In this document: piece after piece, positions 1-10,206 of the stretch
Layout of the letters: each line of letters opens with the position of its first letter
How positions within the stretch are numbered: position 1 is the first letter of the stretch
Assembly (NCBI GenBank): GCA_937862805.1
Contig: CALMDO010000062.1
Location: 26,380 to 90,379 of the forward strand
Source of the DNA: an uncultured Bacteroidota bacterium
Lineage (GTDB): Bacteria > Bacteroidota > Bacteroidia > Bacteroidales > FEN-979
Length of the DNA: 64,000 bases
Direction: 5' to 3'
Made by a program: the position numbers and the translations under genes
Notes under the pieces: generated by a model
Told to the model about the DNA's origin: nothing
Database searches by the model: none
The model's input: the letters and a program-made list of their open reading frames with translations, nothing else

Positions 1-607
1 CTTTCCTGATCAGGATGTCCAGGGCGGTATAGGGTTCCACGGTGAGTGAATAGGCGGAAATATGCGGCACTTTCAACGCCAATGCCCGTTCAACGTTCTT
101 TTCCCATTGACCCGGGTCCAGGGAAGGGATGCCGTAGATCAGATCGATGCTGATGTTGTGATAACCCTCATCCTGTAATCGATAAACAGCAGATTCAGCT
201 TGCACGGCGGAGTGGCCGCGGTTCAGCCATAAAAGGTCTTTTTCAAAGAAGGATTGAATCCCGATGCTGAAACGGTTAAAACCGGTGTTTTTTAAAGCTT
301 CCACATACTCTTTAGAAACATCTTCCGGGTTTATTTCGAGGGTGATCTCGGCAGGTTGAGCCGGGTGGTTGACAAGGATAGTTTCCAGAACCTCCTGGAG
401 TTTTTCGGCGGGGTAGATGGTCGGGGTCCCGCCACCGAAATAGATGGTATGAATGAGTTGGCCGGCTAAATACGACCGGGACCTCTCCGCCTCTTTTTTC
501 AGGGCTTCTAAAAGCTCCGATTGATTTTTCCGTGAGGCGAGGGAAAAGAAGTTACAGTAATGGCATTTTTGTTTGCAGAAAGGGATATGAATGTAAATAC
601 CAGCCAA
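1..607 (-). CDS. hemW: Radical SAM heme chaperone HemW / HemN-like coproporphyrinogen oxidase family, 3' part runs off window
   Basis: Absent from the ORF track because it is truncated by the window edge. My minus-strand translation reads LAGIYIHIPFCKQKCHYCNFFSLASRKNQ...IYFGGGTPT...GFNRFSIGIQSF, which has the CxxxCxxC radical-SAM motif and a HemN/HemW core. Candidate TTG start at 605-607, just downstream of the kinase stop. Confidence 0.8.
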   Translation of the reverse strand, partial: MAGIYIHIPFCKQKCHYCNFFSLASRKNQSELLEALKKEAERSRSYLAGQLIHTIYFGGGTPTIYPAEKLQEVLETILVNHPAQPAEITLEINPEDVSKEYVEALKNTGFNRFSIGIQSFFEKDLLWLNRGHSAVQAESAVYRLQDEGYHNISIDLIYGIPSLDPGQWEKNVERALALKVPHISAYSLTVEPYTALDILIRK

Positions 608-612
608 AACAG

Positions 613-2133
613 TTATTTCTTTAAGACGATCCGGAAGGTAGTTCCTTTGTTAAGGGTTGAGGATTTGACGAAAATTTTTCCGTTGTGGTAATTGCTGATG
701 ATGCGCTGGGAGAGGGTCAGTCCCAAGCCCCAGCCTCTTTTTTTGCTGGTATATCCCGGATGGAAGATGGTTTTGAATCGTGATTTGGGAATTCCTTTCC
801 CGGTGTCGCTCACATCGATATGGATATGGTCCGTATCTTCGGTGATGTCAATATTGACCTCTCCATTTCCTTCCATGGCGTCCACAGCATTTTTGCACAG
901 GTTCTCGATGACCCATTCAAAGAGATGGAGGTTGATCGGGACAATGATTTCCTGGCCGATAGTGGGGGAAATATTGAAAACCACGCGTGGAGAGGTTCGC
1001 AATCGCATGTAATTCACCGTTTCATGGATTACACGGGTAATGTTGGTTTTTTCGAGGTGGGCGGCAGATCCGATTTTTGAAAAACGATCGGTAATGGTTT
1101 CCAGTCGTTGGACATCTTTTTCGATCTCTTTAACTGTTTCGTCGTCCAAACCTTTCAATTTCAGCAACTCAACCCAGGCAACCATCGAGGAGAGCGGGGT
1201 TCCTAACTGGTGAGCGGTCTCTTTGGCCATCCCGACCCAGACCTGGTTTTGTTCAGATTTTCTTGCATAACTGAAGAGAAGGTAGGCGATTAAAAGAAAA
1301 ATAGCGATGACTCCGAACTGGACGACCGGGTAATATTTCAAACGGGTCAGCAAAAAGGAATCCTGGTAGAAAATGTAATGGATGCCGGTATCGGCCAGGT
1401 CAATTTTTATGGGTGTATTTTGCGAAGCCATGCTTTCAAGGGTCGATGCCACCCACTTTTTGTCGTTCATTTTTTCCTTCGGGATATTCCCGTGAGCGAA
1501 CGGGATGGTTCCTGAGCTGTCGGTAATGATCACCGGGACTGAAGCGGAATTGAGCACAACTTCGGAGAAAAAGGAGCGGATCAGGTCGTCGAGCACTGCT
1601 TTGAGCTGGGCGAACATGTTGGAGTCCTTGTAATAGAGGTAGATTTTCTTGTTGTAAATGTACTGTACTACGATGGGAGGATAGACTGAATATTCCCGGA
1701 GCAGGCTGCCGTCGAGCCTTCTTACCGAGTCATCCAGCCGGGTGTTGCGGGAGGTCATGATGTTGCCCGAGTCATCGGTAACAATAACCGGAATGGTGGT
1801 GTTTTCACCGATGATATTGAGAAAGAAATTCAGGTCTTCGTTGGAGGTAGCGGTCAGAATGCGTCGCTGGGCTTCTGCAACGATGGAAACTCTTTTTCTT
1901 TCTTCAGTTTTAAGTTGTTCGAAAAGGTTGTTGGTATAGTTCACCAGATCAGCTTTCTGGTGGATGGCATCGGCCCAGATCTGGACATTTTTTCTTTCAT
2001 CTTTTCGGATTTCATCCACCAGAATACTGGTGTAGTAGAGCGAAGCGGCGACGATGAATACTGCGCCGGCAAAGAGGATGAATTTCCAGCGTTTTTTCCG
2101 GAGATAGAGATCCACAGGCAGGATTTTTAACAT
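613..2133 (-). CDS. Membrane sensor histidine kinase
   Basis: 506 aa. N-terminal TM segment and a second TM before the H-box (ETAHQLGTPLSS). C-terminal HATPase_c motifs DTGKGIP and GWGLGL. Confidence 0.85.
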   Translation of the reverse strand: MLKILPVDLYLRKKRWKFILFAGAVFIVAASLYYTSILVDEIRKDERKNVQIWADAIHQKADLVNYTNNLFEQLKTEERKRVSIVAEAQRRILTATSNEDLNFFLNIIGENTTIPVIVTDDSGNIMTSRNTRLDDSVRRLDGSLLREYSVYPPIVVQYIYNKKIYLYYKDSNMFAQLKAVLDDLIRSFFSEVVLNSASVPVIITDSSGTIPFAHGNIPKEKMNDKKWVASTLESMASQNTPIKIDLADTGIHYIFYQDSFLLTRLKYYPVVQFGVIAIFLLIAYLLFSYARKSEQNQVWVGMAKETAHQLGTPLSSMVAWVELLKLKGLDDETVKEIEKDVQRLETITDRFSKIGSAAHLEKTNITRVIHETVNYMRLRTSPRVVFNISPTIGQEIIVPINLHLFEWVIENLCKNAVDAMEGNGEVNIDITEDTDHIHIDVSDTGKGIPKSRFKTIFHPGYTSKKRGWGLGLTLSQRIISNYHNGKIFVKSSTLNKGTTFRIVLKK

Positions 2134-2188
2134 AAACGGTTTAGCGCCGGAAATATTTTAATCTGGATATCAAAGATATAGGAGAATG

Positions 2189-3292
2189 TCAAACAAATTT
2201 TTCTCCTTTTTCAAGCATCACGTCGTTGACATATTGCCGGATTTGCTGTTCGTCGGCTTTGCGGCATACCAGCAAGACGTTGTCGGAATCCACTACGATG
2301 TAATCGTTTAAACCTTCGAGCACTACCACTTTGTCGTTGGGCATATTGACAATGCAATTATTAGATTCGTAAATCATTACGTTTTTTCCAATGACGGTAT
2401 TGCCTTGGTTGTCTTTGGCCCGGTTTTCATACAATGAGCCCCAGGTCCCGAGGTCGGACCAGCCAAAGTCGGCAGCCAGGACGTAAACGTTGGAAGCATT
2501 TTCCATGATGCCGTAGTCGATCGAAATGCTTTTGCAAATGGTGTAGGTTTCGGTGATGAAAGCTTTTTCTTCCGGGGTACCGTATTTCCCAATTCCTTGT
2601 TTGAAAAGGGAATCGATCTCTTCGAGGTGTTCCCGGAAAGCATTCATGATGCTTTTGAGCGACCAGATGAAAATCCCGGAGTTCCATAGAAAATCGCCGC
2701 ATTGCAGGAAGGTGACAGCCAGTTCGCGGTTGGGTTTTTCGGTGAAGGTTTTGACCTTTTTGATGTGTTGTTCTTTGGGATAGACAGGGACTTTTTCTTC
2801 GAGGTATTGTATGTATCCATAGCCTGTATCCGGCCGGCTGGGGCGGATGCCGAGGGTCAGCAACCAATCGTTTTCGCCGGCAGCGTCGAGGGCCGATTGG
2901 ATATTTTTCAGGAAGAGGCTTTCATTGAGGATGATATGGTCAGAAGGGGCTACCACGATGCGAGCTTCGGGATCACGAGCAAGGATGCAGTAGTTGGCAT
3001 AAGCGATGCAGGGGGCGGTATTGCGGCGGGAAGGTTCGGCCAGGATCTGGGCCGGTTGTACCTCCGGGATTTGTTGTTTTACCATTTCAACATAAATCTC
3101 ATTGGTAACGATATAAATATTTTCGCGCGGGCATATTTTTGTGAAACGATTGTAGGTTTGCTGGATCAGGGTTTCACCTGTACCCAGAATATCAATGAAT
3201 TGTTTGGGGTGGGAGGTTCGGCTCATGGGCCAGAAGCGGGCGCCGATGCCCCCTGCCATGATCACGCAAAAATTGTGTTTCGACTTTGCCAT
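2189..3292 (-). CDS. Mannose-1-phosphate guanylyltransferase (GDP-mannose pyrophosphorylase)
   Basis: 367 aa. Nucleotidyltransferase loop MAGGIGARFWPMSR and full-length resemblance to ManC-type NTP transferases. Confidence 0.8.
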   Translation of the reverse strand: MAKSKHNFCVIMAGGIGARFWPMSRTSHPKQFIDILGTGETLIQQTYNRFTKICPRENIYIVTNEIYVEMVKQQIPEVQPAQILAEPSRRNTAPCIAYANYCILARDPEARIVVAPSDHIILNESLFLKNIQSALDAAGENDWLLTLGIRPSRPDTGYGYIQYLEEKVPVYPKEQHIKKVKTFTEKPNRELAVTFLQCGDFLWNSGIFIWSLKSIMNAFREHLEEIDSLFKQGIGKYGTPEEKAFITETYTICKSISIDYGIMENASNVYVLAADFGWSDLGTWGSLYENRAKDNQGNTVIGKNVMIYESNNCIVNMPNDKVVVLEGLNDYIVVDSDNVLLVCRKADEQQIRQYVNDVMLEKGEKFV

Positions 3293-3347
3293 GTCAACAG
3301 TTTTTTAGGAGTACAAACATACGAAAGTATGGTATAATGTCGGTATT

Positions 3348-3980
3348 TCAAAGAGGGGTAACCGGGGCCATTCTGCTGACCAGGTACAGGCGATTGGTTT
3401 TCATACAAATACAACGGTACCGGGTCCTGATCTTTTCTTTTTTCCGGAAGATACGTTTTCCATGAAGGGTAAAAAGAGCTTCGGATGGTATATCCTCTAA
3501 CCGGATCAGCTTGCTAACGGGATCGTATTGCTGTAAACATCTTGAAAGTTGATGATCAGAAGCGGTGGAAGCCCTGGGGTTGACGAGGTAGCCGGAGAGG
3601 GCTTCGAGTATTTCAGGTGGGAAGATGTCCGGTTCAAGAAAAGATTTCATGATGAGCCGGAAATTCTTCTTCCATTGCGTTCCGTGAGGTTGAGGCCGGG
3701 GATGGCGTCGAAGGGAGAATAATTTGTTGTTTTGTTGATAGTCGCTCCAGGTTTTAAAATGAGCCATTTCATGGAGGAGTGTGATAAGGAACGCGTAGGG
3801 GTTAAGGCTTTCGTTGATTGTGATACAGGCGGGCCGCTCACCAAGGGCCGGACGGAAATCCCCTGATTTAGAGATCCGGTGACGGGTCATTTTCAGTTTC
3901 AGGTCAACGCCTTTTACCAGGACTAAGAAATTGGGTACGGCCGCCTCCGGGATTTTTTGGCAGAAAGATTCCAGGATCAA
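3348..3980 (-). CDS. SprT-like zinc metalloprotease domain protein (start uncertain)
   Basis: HExxH in LITLLHEMAHFKTW, preceded by RISKSGDFRP and INESLNPYAF, typical of SprT-like proteins. The 389-aa track ORF runs far upstream into mlaE and is not credible. There is no in-frame ATG between 4517 and 3890, so I propose the TTG at 3978-3980. Confidence 0.6.
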   Translation of the reverse strand: MILESFCQKIPEAAVPNFLVLVKGVDLKLKMTRHRISKSGDFRPALGERPACITINESLNPYAFLITLLHEMAHFKTWSDYQQNNKLFSLRRHPRPQPHGTQWKKNFRLIMKSFLEPDIFPPEILEALSGYLVNPRASTASDHQLSRCLQQYDPVSKLIRLEDIPSEALFTLHGKRIFRKKEKIRTRYRCICMKTNRLYLVSRMAPVTPL

Positions 3981-4162
3981 ACGCTTTTCATGGGAATCAG
4001 TGGTCTGTCGGAGTGGTTTGACTGGCTGAAAGAGGGACAGTTGCACTTTTTGGATTTGTGTTGATGGTGTGACGGATAACGCTGTGTACTGCAGGATCCG
4101 CCTGCAACCATGATAAGCACGACAAAGATCGTGATAAAAATGGAGATTCGGGTTGGTTTCAT
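3977..4162 (-). CDS. Small hypothetical protein with signal-peptide-like N-terminus
   Basis: 61 aa. MKPTRISIFITIFVVLIMVAGGSC looks like a signal or lipoprotein leader, followed by a His/Lys/Cys-rich tail. Its stop overlaps the proposed SprT TTG start (TTGA). No recognisable family. Confidence 0.3.
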   Translation of the reverse strand: MKPTRISIFITIFVVLIMVAGGSCSTQRYPSHHQHKSKKCNCPSFSQSNHSDRPLIPMKSV

Positions 4163-4242
4163 GGATGGTTTTTAGATGATCCGGTAAGCAAAAACCCGGT
4201 TCATCGAAACGACTTATTCGGAACGTGAAACGGAAATTTTCA

Positions 4243-4250
4243 TAATTTTG
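4243..4250 (+). promoter_or_regulatory. Candidate Bacteroidota -7 promoter box (TAATTTTG) for mlaE
   Basis: Exact match to TAnnTTTG, ending 21 nt upstream of the ATG at 4272, in a divergent intergenic region. Confidence 0.45.
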
Positions 4251-4271
4251 GTATCTTAGCCAACAGATTTT

Positions 4272-5015
4272 ATGCTTAAGGTTTTCGGGAACATAGGAAA
4301 TTATGTAATGCTCATGAGACGGGTTTTTACCCGTCCTCAGAAAGGGAAGATTTTCTGGGATCAAATGATGGCAGAAATCAATAATCTGGGTTTGGACTCC
4401 ATTGGCATTGTGGCGTTTATCTCTGTCTTTATGGGTGCCGTCGTGGCCATTCAGACAGCCTATAACATCGACAGTCCGTTGATCCCGATGTCGATGGTCG
4501 GGTTCACCACCCGTCAAAGCGTGATTCTTGAGTTTTCTCCCACAGTAATCAGTTTGATTTTGGCCGGTAAAGTCGGTTCGCGGATTGCTTCCGAGATTGG
4601 AACCATGCGGGTCACAGAGCAGATCGACGCCCTTGAGATCATGGGCGTCAACTCGGCCAATTACCTGATTTTTCCCAAGGTAATCGCTTCTCTCCTCATC
4701 AACCCCGTGCTGATCGTTTTCAGCATCTGGTTGGGCGTTTTGGGTGGTTGGATAGCCATGACAGCGACCGGACTGGTCTCTTCTACCGATTACATTTCAG
4801 GGATAAGGATCGATTTTGAGGGATACATAGTTTTTTATGCGTTGATCAAGACGGTATTTTTCGCCTTCATCATTGCTTCAATTTCCGGATTTTACGGTTA
4901 TGAAACCCGCGGAGGGGCGCTTGAAGTGGGCCAGGCCAGCACCAAGGCGGTGGTTATCAGCAGTGTCCTCATCATCCTGTTCAACCTTGTACTGACACAA
5001 CTCCTGCTCACATGA
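4272..5015 (+). CDS. mlaE: MlaE-family ABC transporter permease
   Basis: 247 aa polytopic membrane protein. RVTEQIDALEIMG motif is typical of MlaE/Ttg2B. Overlaps the next ATPase gene by 4 nt. Confidence 0.85.
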   Translation: MLKVFGNIGNYVMLMRRVFTRPQKGKIFWDQMMAEINNLGLDSIGIVAFISVFMGAVVAIQTAYNIDSPLIPMSMVGFTTRQSVILEFSPTVISLILAGKVGSRIASEIGTMRVTEQIDALEIMGVNSANYLIFPKVIASLLINPVLIVFSIWLGVLGGWIAMTATGLVSSTDYISGIRIDFEGYIVFYALIKTVFFAFIIASISGFYGYETRGGALEVGQASTKAVVISSVLIILFNLVLTQLLLT

Positions 5016-5758
5016 TTGAAGCCCGGCACATCGAAAAGTATTTTGGAGAACACCATGTCCTGAAAGACATTTCGTGCCGATTTGAAAAGGGCAAAGCCAA
5101 CCTGATCATCGGACAGAGTGGTTCGGGAAAAACGGTTTTAATGAAATGCCTGGTGGGTTTGTTTGAAGTGGACCAGGGAAAAGTCACTTACAACGATCGT
5201 GATTTTACCCAAATGAACTTCGAGCAGCGGAAAACCCTCCGCCAGGAGATCGGAATGCTGTTCCAGGGAGGCGCCTTGTTCGATTCCCTGAATGTGGAAC
5301 AAAATGTGATGTTCCCGCTGAACATGTTCACCCGTCAGTCACATGCGGAAAAACTTGAAAGGGTCAATTTTGTACTCAACCGCGTCAATCTCCCGGGGGT
5401 GAACCAGCTGATGCCCTCCGAACTGAGCGGAGGAATGCGCAAGCGGGTAGCCATTGCCCGCGCCATTGCGATGAATCCCCAATACCTTTTTTGTGATGAG
5501 CCCAATTCCGGTCTGGATCCCCAGACTTCGGGGGTAATCGATCATCTCATCCTCGAGATCACACGGGAATACAACATTACCACCATTGTCAACACGCACG
5601 ACATGAACTCGGTGCTCAGCATTGGTGACAGCGTGAATTTTATCTATAACGGATCCCTCTGGTGGCAAGGGGATAAGGAGACCATCCTCAATACTGATAA
5701 CCCTGAATTGAACGAATTTGTATTCGGTACCGAGCTGACCTCCCGCCTGAAAAAATAA
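5012..5758 (+). CDS. mlaF: ABC transporter ATP-binding protein (MlaF-like)
   Basis: Walker A GQSGSGKT, signature LSGGMRKR, Walker B LFCDEP. Confidence 0.85.
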   Translation: MIEARHIEKYFGEHHVLKDISCRFEKGKANLIIGQSGSGKTVLMKCLVGLFEVDQGKVTYNDRDFTQMNFEQRKTLRQEIGMLFQGGALFDSLNVEQNVMFPLNMFTRQSHAEKLERVNFVLNRVNLPGVNQLMPSELSGGMRKRVAIARAIAMNPQYLFCDEPNSGLDPQTSGVIDHLILEITREYNITTIVNTHDMNSVLSIGDSVNFIYNGSLWWQGDKETILNTDNPELNEFVFGTELTSRLKK

Positions 5759-5768
5759 CCCCCCGGTC

Positions 5769-6269
5769 ATGAACCTCATCGACCTAATCCTGCTTGCATT
5801 TCTTGCTGTATTCATCATCGGAGGTTATCGCAAAGGGATCATCGTTGGTTTGTCGAATATCGCTGCCCTGCTTCTGGGCATCTATGCAGCGGTCCATTTT
5901 TCAAAATTTCTCAACGAAATGCTGGTCGAAAGGTTTGATCCCTCTCCCAACACCGCGCCTATCCTATCTTTTATCTTTACTTTTCTCCTGGTGGTGATTG
6001 CCGTGATCCTTGTCGCCCGGTTGACCGGACGGTTTGCCGATATCATCGGACTGGGTTTTCTGAACCGCTTATTTGGCGCTCTTCTGGGAATTGTGAAAGG
6101 GGTAATCCTGGCCAGCCTTATTCTGTTTTTTATCGGGTTTATCGACCCCGGGGAAGGATTTATCACTCCCCGCGACAAGCAAGATTCCTTTCTTTACCAG
6201 CCGGTAGCATCTGTTTTTCCGAAACTGATGAAATTATTCGGCGGGGAGATCAAATTCCCGAAGTGGTAA
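5769..6269 (+). CDS. cvpA: CvpA family membrane protein
   Basis: 166 aa with four hydrophobic helices. N-terminus MNLIDLILLAFLAVFIIGGYRKG is typical of CvpA. Confidence 0.7.
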   Translation: MNLIDLILLAFLAVFIIGGYRKGIIVGLSNIAALLLGIYAAVHFSKFLNEMLVERFDPSPNTAPILSFIFTFLLVVIAVILVARLTGRFADIIGLGFLNRLFGALLGIVKGVILASLILFFIGFIDPGEGFITPRDKQDSFLYQPVASVFPKLMKLFGGEIKFPKW

Positions 6270-7335
6270 GTTTTAACGCTACCGATTCGGGGGTGATGCT
6301 TTGGATACAATGACATTTTAAAGTTTTCCGGCAATCATTACACTTTTTGTTGATTACCAGGTAACAGGCTTTTTCACCCAAAGGAGCCCATCGTAAAGGG
6401 AAGACAGGCCGCATGGGGGCATAAAGACCGATGGCCCTGATTCCCAGGGCCGCTGCGAGATGCAGGGGTCCGGTACTGGCTGCCACCATCCCGTCGCAAC
6501 GGGCCATCATGGAGATGAAACCGGCCAGATCCAGTTTTCCGGTCAGGTCGGTGATGCGTCCTTTGTGGAGGTCGAGGAATCTACGCATCTTTTCTCCCTC
6601 CCCGGCCGTTCCGGTCACAAGTACATTGAATTTTTCCTCCGGAAGCATACGGATCAGGGCAGAGAAATTGTCCAACCCCCATTCGCGGGCGCTTCCCTTG
6701 GATTTTGGATGAAGGATCAGATTGTATTTTCCGTTTATAAGCCAGGGAAATGAACCGTCATGATGCCCGGCAGGGCGTGGTTCCACGAGACTGTCACAAG
6801 AAGGAACAACAGATCTTGTTTTATCGAACCGCCGGGGGGTGTCGCGGAATCCATACAAACCAGGAATGGACAATAAGGGGAATACACCCTTTATCCCTAA
6901 GGGTTTCAACATTTTGAGGTTCAGCTGCGCTTCGTGAAGATCGGAATTTCGCCGGGGAATGTGGAGTTTCCGGTTGCAGGAAAACCAAGTGAAAAACCGC
7001 CGGGCAGTAGCGATCCGCAAAGGAATCCCGGCCATTTTTGCCGCCCTGCAGATCTCTTTTACGGGGAAAACATGGATAATAATATCTGCCCGCAGCGATG
7101 ATAAGAAAGCTGCGTGGGCAATTTCCCGTTCACTGTTATCCCGGATATCTTTTCCTGCTTCATCCCAGTTGACAAATTCATCCACGAACCGGCAACAAGC
7201 GATCACCTGGCGGGTATATTCTTTCCCCAGGAAAAGGATGGTGCAATCCGGAAATTTTTCCTTGAGCGCTCCTGCCATGGGGAGGGTCAGAACCACATCC
7301 CCGATGCTGTCGGTCCTGCTGAGGAGGATCCTCAT
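6250..7335 (-). CDS. Glycosyltransferase family 9 (LPS heptosyltransferase-like)
   Basis: 361 aa. [20 protein letters not shown]-terminus and C-terminal [10 protein letters not shown] motif are characteristic of GT9. Confidence 0.8.
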   Translation of the reverse strand: MRILLSRTDSIGDVVLTLPMAGALKEKFPDCTILFLGKEYTRQVIACCRFVDEFVNWDEAGKDIRDNSEREIAHAAFLSSLRADIIIHVFPVKEICRAAKMAGIPLRIATARRFFTWFSCNRKLHIPRRNSDLHEAQLNLKMLKPLGIKGVFPLLSIPGLYGFRDTPRRFDKTRSVVPSCDSLVEPRPAGHHDGSFPWLINGKYNLILHPKSKGSAREWGLDNFSALIRMLPEEKFNVLVTGTAGEGEKMRRFLDLHKGRITDLTGKLDLAGFISMMARCDGMVAASTGPLHLAAALGIRAIGLYAPMRPVFPLRWAPLGEKACYLVINKKCNDCRKTLKCHCIQSITPESVALKLTTSGI

Positions 7336-8525
7336 TCACTCAGTATGGCCTGGATACCGGGGAGAACCTTGCCTTCAATGTACTCCAGCATGGCGCCTCC
7401 CCCTGTGGAGACATAGCTGACTTTGTCGGCCAGGCCGTATTTATTGATCGCGGCAACGGAATCGCCTCCGCCGACCAGGGTAAAGGTGCCTTTTTCGGTA
7501 GCTTTTGCCAGGGCTTCGGCTATAGCGCGGGTTCCCTCTTCAAAGTTGTTCATTTCGAACACCCCCATGGGGCCATTCCAGAGAATTGTACCCGATTGTT
7601 CGATGGCAGCCTGGAACTTTTCGCGTGAAATCGGTCCAATGTCGAGACCCATCCAGGGTATCTGAATGTCGTAAGCGCTGCTGACCTTTCTGTTTGCTTC
7701 GTTGGAGAAAGCATCAGCCAAAACCGCATCCGGTGGAAGATACAGGTTAACACCCATTGATTTGGCGCCTTCCACAATGTTTTTAGCCAACTCGACGTAA
7801 TCCGTTTCAACGAGTGAAGCGCCGACCTCGCCACCCATCGCTTTGATAAAAGTGAACATCATGCCACCTCCGATGATGAGGTTGTCGACTTTGTCCATCA
7901 GGTGGTTGATGATCTCGATCTTGGTCGACACCTTGGCGCCACCCAGGATCGCGGTAAAGGGACGTTTTCCCTCTTTCAGGCATTTGTCGATGTTGATGAT
8001 CTCGTTGGCCATCACGTAACCGAACATCTTATTAACCGGAAAAAACTTGGCAATAATGGCTGTCGATGCATGGGCCCTGTGTGCGGTGCCAAAAGCATCG
8101 TTCACATAGACATTACCCAAATCTGCCAGTTTTTTTGCAAAATCTTCATTGCCTTTTTCCTCCTCCTTGTAAAAGCGGAGATTTTCGAGTAATAGCACCT
8201 CTCCGGGGAGCAGGGAAGCTGCCTGTTCAACGGCGGATTGCCCGATGCAATCATCGGCGAATTTCACCGGAACCTTCAGTACATCACTGAGATAAGCCAG
8301 CACGTGGCGCAATGAATATTTCTCTTCAGGCCCGCCTTTCGGACGACCCAGGTGCGACATCAGGATCACCGATCCCCCGTCGTCCAGGATCTTTTTTATC
8401 GTTGGGATTGTGGCATCAATACGGGTGGTGTCGGTGATATGGTAATTACCATCCAATGGTACGTTAAAATCGACCCGGATCAGCGCCTTCTTATCTTTAA
8501 AATTATAATTATCAATCGTTCGCAT
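7332..8525 (-). CDS. pgk: Phosphoglycerate kinase
   Basis: [25 protein letters not shown]...SHLGRPKG...STGGGA. Start trimmed to the ATG at 8525; the track ORF carries a 33-aa non-homologous extension. Confidence 0.95.
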   Translation of the reverse strand: MRTIDNYNFKDKKALIRVDFNVPLDGNYHITDTTRIDATIPTIKKILDDGGSVILMSHLGRPKGGPEEKYSLRHVLAYLSDVLKVPVKFADDCIGQSAVEQAASLLPGEVLLLENLRFYKEEEKGNEDFAKKLADLGNVYVNDAFGTAHRAHASTAIIAKFFPVNKMFGYVMANEIINIDKCLKEGKRPFTAILGGAKVSTKIEIINHLMDKVDNLIIGGGMMFTFIKAMGGEVGASLVETDYVELAKNIVEGAKSMGVNLYLPPDAVLADAFSNEANRKVSSAYDIQIPWMGLDIGPISREKFQAAIEQSGTILWNGPMGVFEMNNFEEGTRAIAEALAKATEKGTFTLVGGGDSVAAINKYGLADKVSYVSTGGGAMLEYIEGKVLPGIQAILSE

Positions 8526-8549
8526 AAGAGTTTGGTTTGATTTTAACGA

Positions 8550-8557
8550 CAAAATTA
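8550..8557 (-). promoter_or_regulatory. Candidate -7 promoter box (TAATTTTG) for pgk
   Basis: Reverse complement of caaaatta equals TAATTTTG, 24 nt upstream of the pgk ATG. Confidence 0.45.
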
Positions 8558-8612
8558 AAATATTTACGAACGACTGAACGGATATTTCTAATTTTACCTG
8601 CTTATCATTCCA

Positions 8613-9413
8613 ATGACTATGCAAGATCTGAGGGTAACCACCATCCAGTCATCTCTTTACCGGGAGCAATGCGAAAAGAACCTGAACCATTTCGATTTTC
8701 TGATCGATCAGATCAGGGAACCTACTGATCTGATCCTTCTGCCGGAAATGTTCAACACCGGTGTTTCCATCAATCCCGGGTTATGTGCTGAGTCAATGGA
8801 TGGCCCTTCCGTCGGTTTTCTGCGCCGGAAATCATCTTCGTGCGACGCTGTGATCATGGCCACCCTGTTGATCAGGGAAGAAGCTGCCATTTATAACCGG
8901 CTGGTGGTGATGTACCCCGATGGCCATTTTGTTACATACGATAAACGGCATCTTTTTCGTTTGAGTGAAGAGTTCCGGATCATTACGGGAGGGGCCCGAA
9001 AAATCCTCGTTGAAGTGAACGGATGGAAAATATTGCCCATGATATGTTACGATCTCCGGTTTCCGGTTTGGAGTAAAAATGCCTGGAAGGATGGACAATA
9101 TGAATATGATCTGTTGGTTTACCTTGCCAACTGGCCGGCCAGCCGGTCGCAGGTATGGAAAACCCTGCTGCCAGCGCGGGCTATTGAAAACCAGGTTTAT
9201 GCCGCAGGCGTCAACTGCATCGGAGATGATGGTAACGGGACCTGGCACAGCGGGGAATCGATGATCGCCGATGCCAAAGGAAATATTATTTATGTTGCTC
9301 AAGCCGGAAAACAAGAAGTGCATACCGTGATTCTGTCATGGCAGGAGCTGCAATTATACCGCGATTCCTTTACCGTGGGAATGGACTGGGATCATTTTAC
9401 AATCGAAAATTAA
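8613..9413 (+). CDS. Carbon-nitrogen hydrolase family amidohydrolase (YafV/omega-amidase-like)
   Basis: 266 aa. Catalytic-triad context LLPEMF (Glu), YDKRHLF (Lys), ICYDLRFP (Cys). Confidence 0.8.
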   Translation: MTMQDLRVTTIQSSLYREQCEKNLNHFDFLIDQIREPTDLILLPEMFNTGVSINPGLCAESMDGPSVGFLRRKSSSCDAVIMATLLIREEAAIYNRLVVMYPDGHFVTYDKRHLFRLSEEFRIITGGARKILVEVNGWKILPMICYDLRFPVWSKNAWKDGQYEYDLLVYLANWPASRSQVWKTLLPARAIENQVYAAGVNCIGDDGNGTWHSGESMIADAKGNIIYVAQAGKQEVHTVILSWQELQLYRDSFTVGMDWDHFTIEN

Positions 9414-9417
9414 CAGG

Positions 9418-10206
9418 ATGCCCCGCCTTTCAGTAGTCATCATTGCATTCAACGAGGGAAAAAACATCCTGCGTTGCATCCGCTCGGTTCAACCGGTGGC
9501 TGATGAAATCGTTTTGGTGGATTCGGGTTCGGCTGACAACACCATCGCCATCGCCAGGGAAGCCGGTTGCCGGATTTTTGAACGGCCGTTCGACGGCTAC
9601 GGGAAACAAAAACAATTCGCTGTTGATCAGGCCGTTAATGATTGGGTCTTCTCTCTTGATGCTGACGAGGTGGTATCCCCCGGGTTACTGTCCGAATTGC
9701 AATTATTGTTTCAGAGCAGAGCGAAAGAATTTTCCGATTCCCATTCCGCAGAGGAAGACGAGGTTTCATCCTACACCATTCCGTTCTCCCTGTGTTTTAT
9801 GGGGAAAATTTTAAAACACAGCGGAACCGGACGGGAGCATCATCTGCGGATTTTCAACCGCCAGCAGGGTCATTTTACCGAAACGCCGGTTCATGAAGGC
9901 ATTGTCACCCGCGGTAAGACCAAGGTGCTCAACGGAAAAATCATTCATTACTCGTACCGTGACATCCGGCATCATATTGAAAAAATCAATACCTATACAA
10001 CCCAGGCGGCCGAAGGATATGTCGCCCAAAAACGGAGTTTTTCCAAAGTTTGGGTGGCGCTCAAATTTCCGGTAAGTTTTTTCACTTTTTACTTTATCCG
10101 GCTTGGAATTCTGGACGGTTACCCGGGATTTATGTGGTCTTTTTTAGCCGCATTTTACGGTGCGGTGAAGATCGCCAAAACCATTGAATTAAACGAACAG
10201 ACATGA
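9418..10206 (+). CDS. Glycosyltransferase family 2
   Basis: LSVVIIAFNEGKNI...VLVDSGSADNT...SLDADE (DxD) are typical GT2 motifs. C-terminal membrane-associated helices. Confidence 0.8.
   Translation: MPRLSVVIIAFNEGKNILRCIRSVQPVADEIVLVDSGSADNTIAIAREAGCRIFERPFDGYGKQKQFAVDQAVNDWVFSLDADEVVSPGLLSELQLLFQSRAKEFSDSHSAEEDEVSSYTIPFSLCFMGKILKHSGTGREHHLRIFNRQQGHFTETPVHEGIVTRGKTKVLNGKIIHYSYRDIRHHIEKINTYTTQAAEGYVAQKRSFSKVWVALKFPVSFFTFYFIRLGILDGYPGFMWSFLAAFYGAVKIAKTIELNEQT

Noticed and set aside
3981-4517. N-terminal 179-aa extension of the SprT-like ORF (track ORF 3348-4517)
   Set aside because: It overlaps the mlaE coding region and its promoter on the other strand. The translation is not protein-like and is not part of the SprT fold.
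7332-8624. Upstream-extended starts given by the ORF track for pgk, lipid kinase, adenosine kinase, EF-G2-like, thioredoxin-like, T9SS protein, WYL regulator, Ntn hydrolase, cysS, M2 peptidase, hybrid kinase and the 62005 lipoprotein
   Set aside because: In each case an internal ATG gives the conserved family N-terminus or a proper signal peptide. The extension is non-homologous, uses a rare start codon, or overlaps the neighbouring gene.
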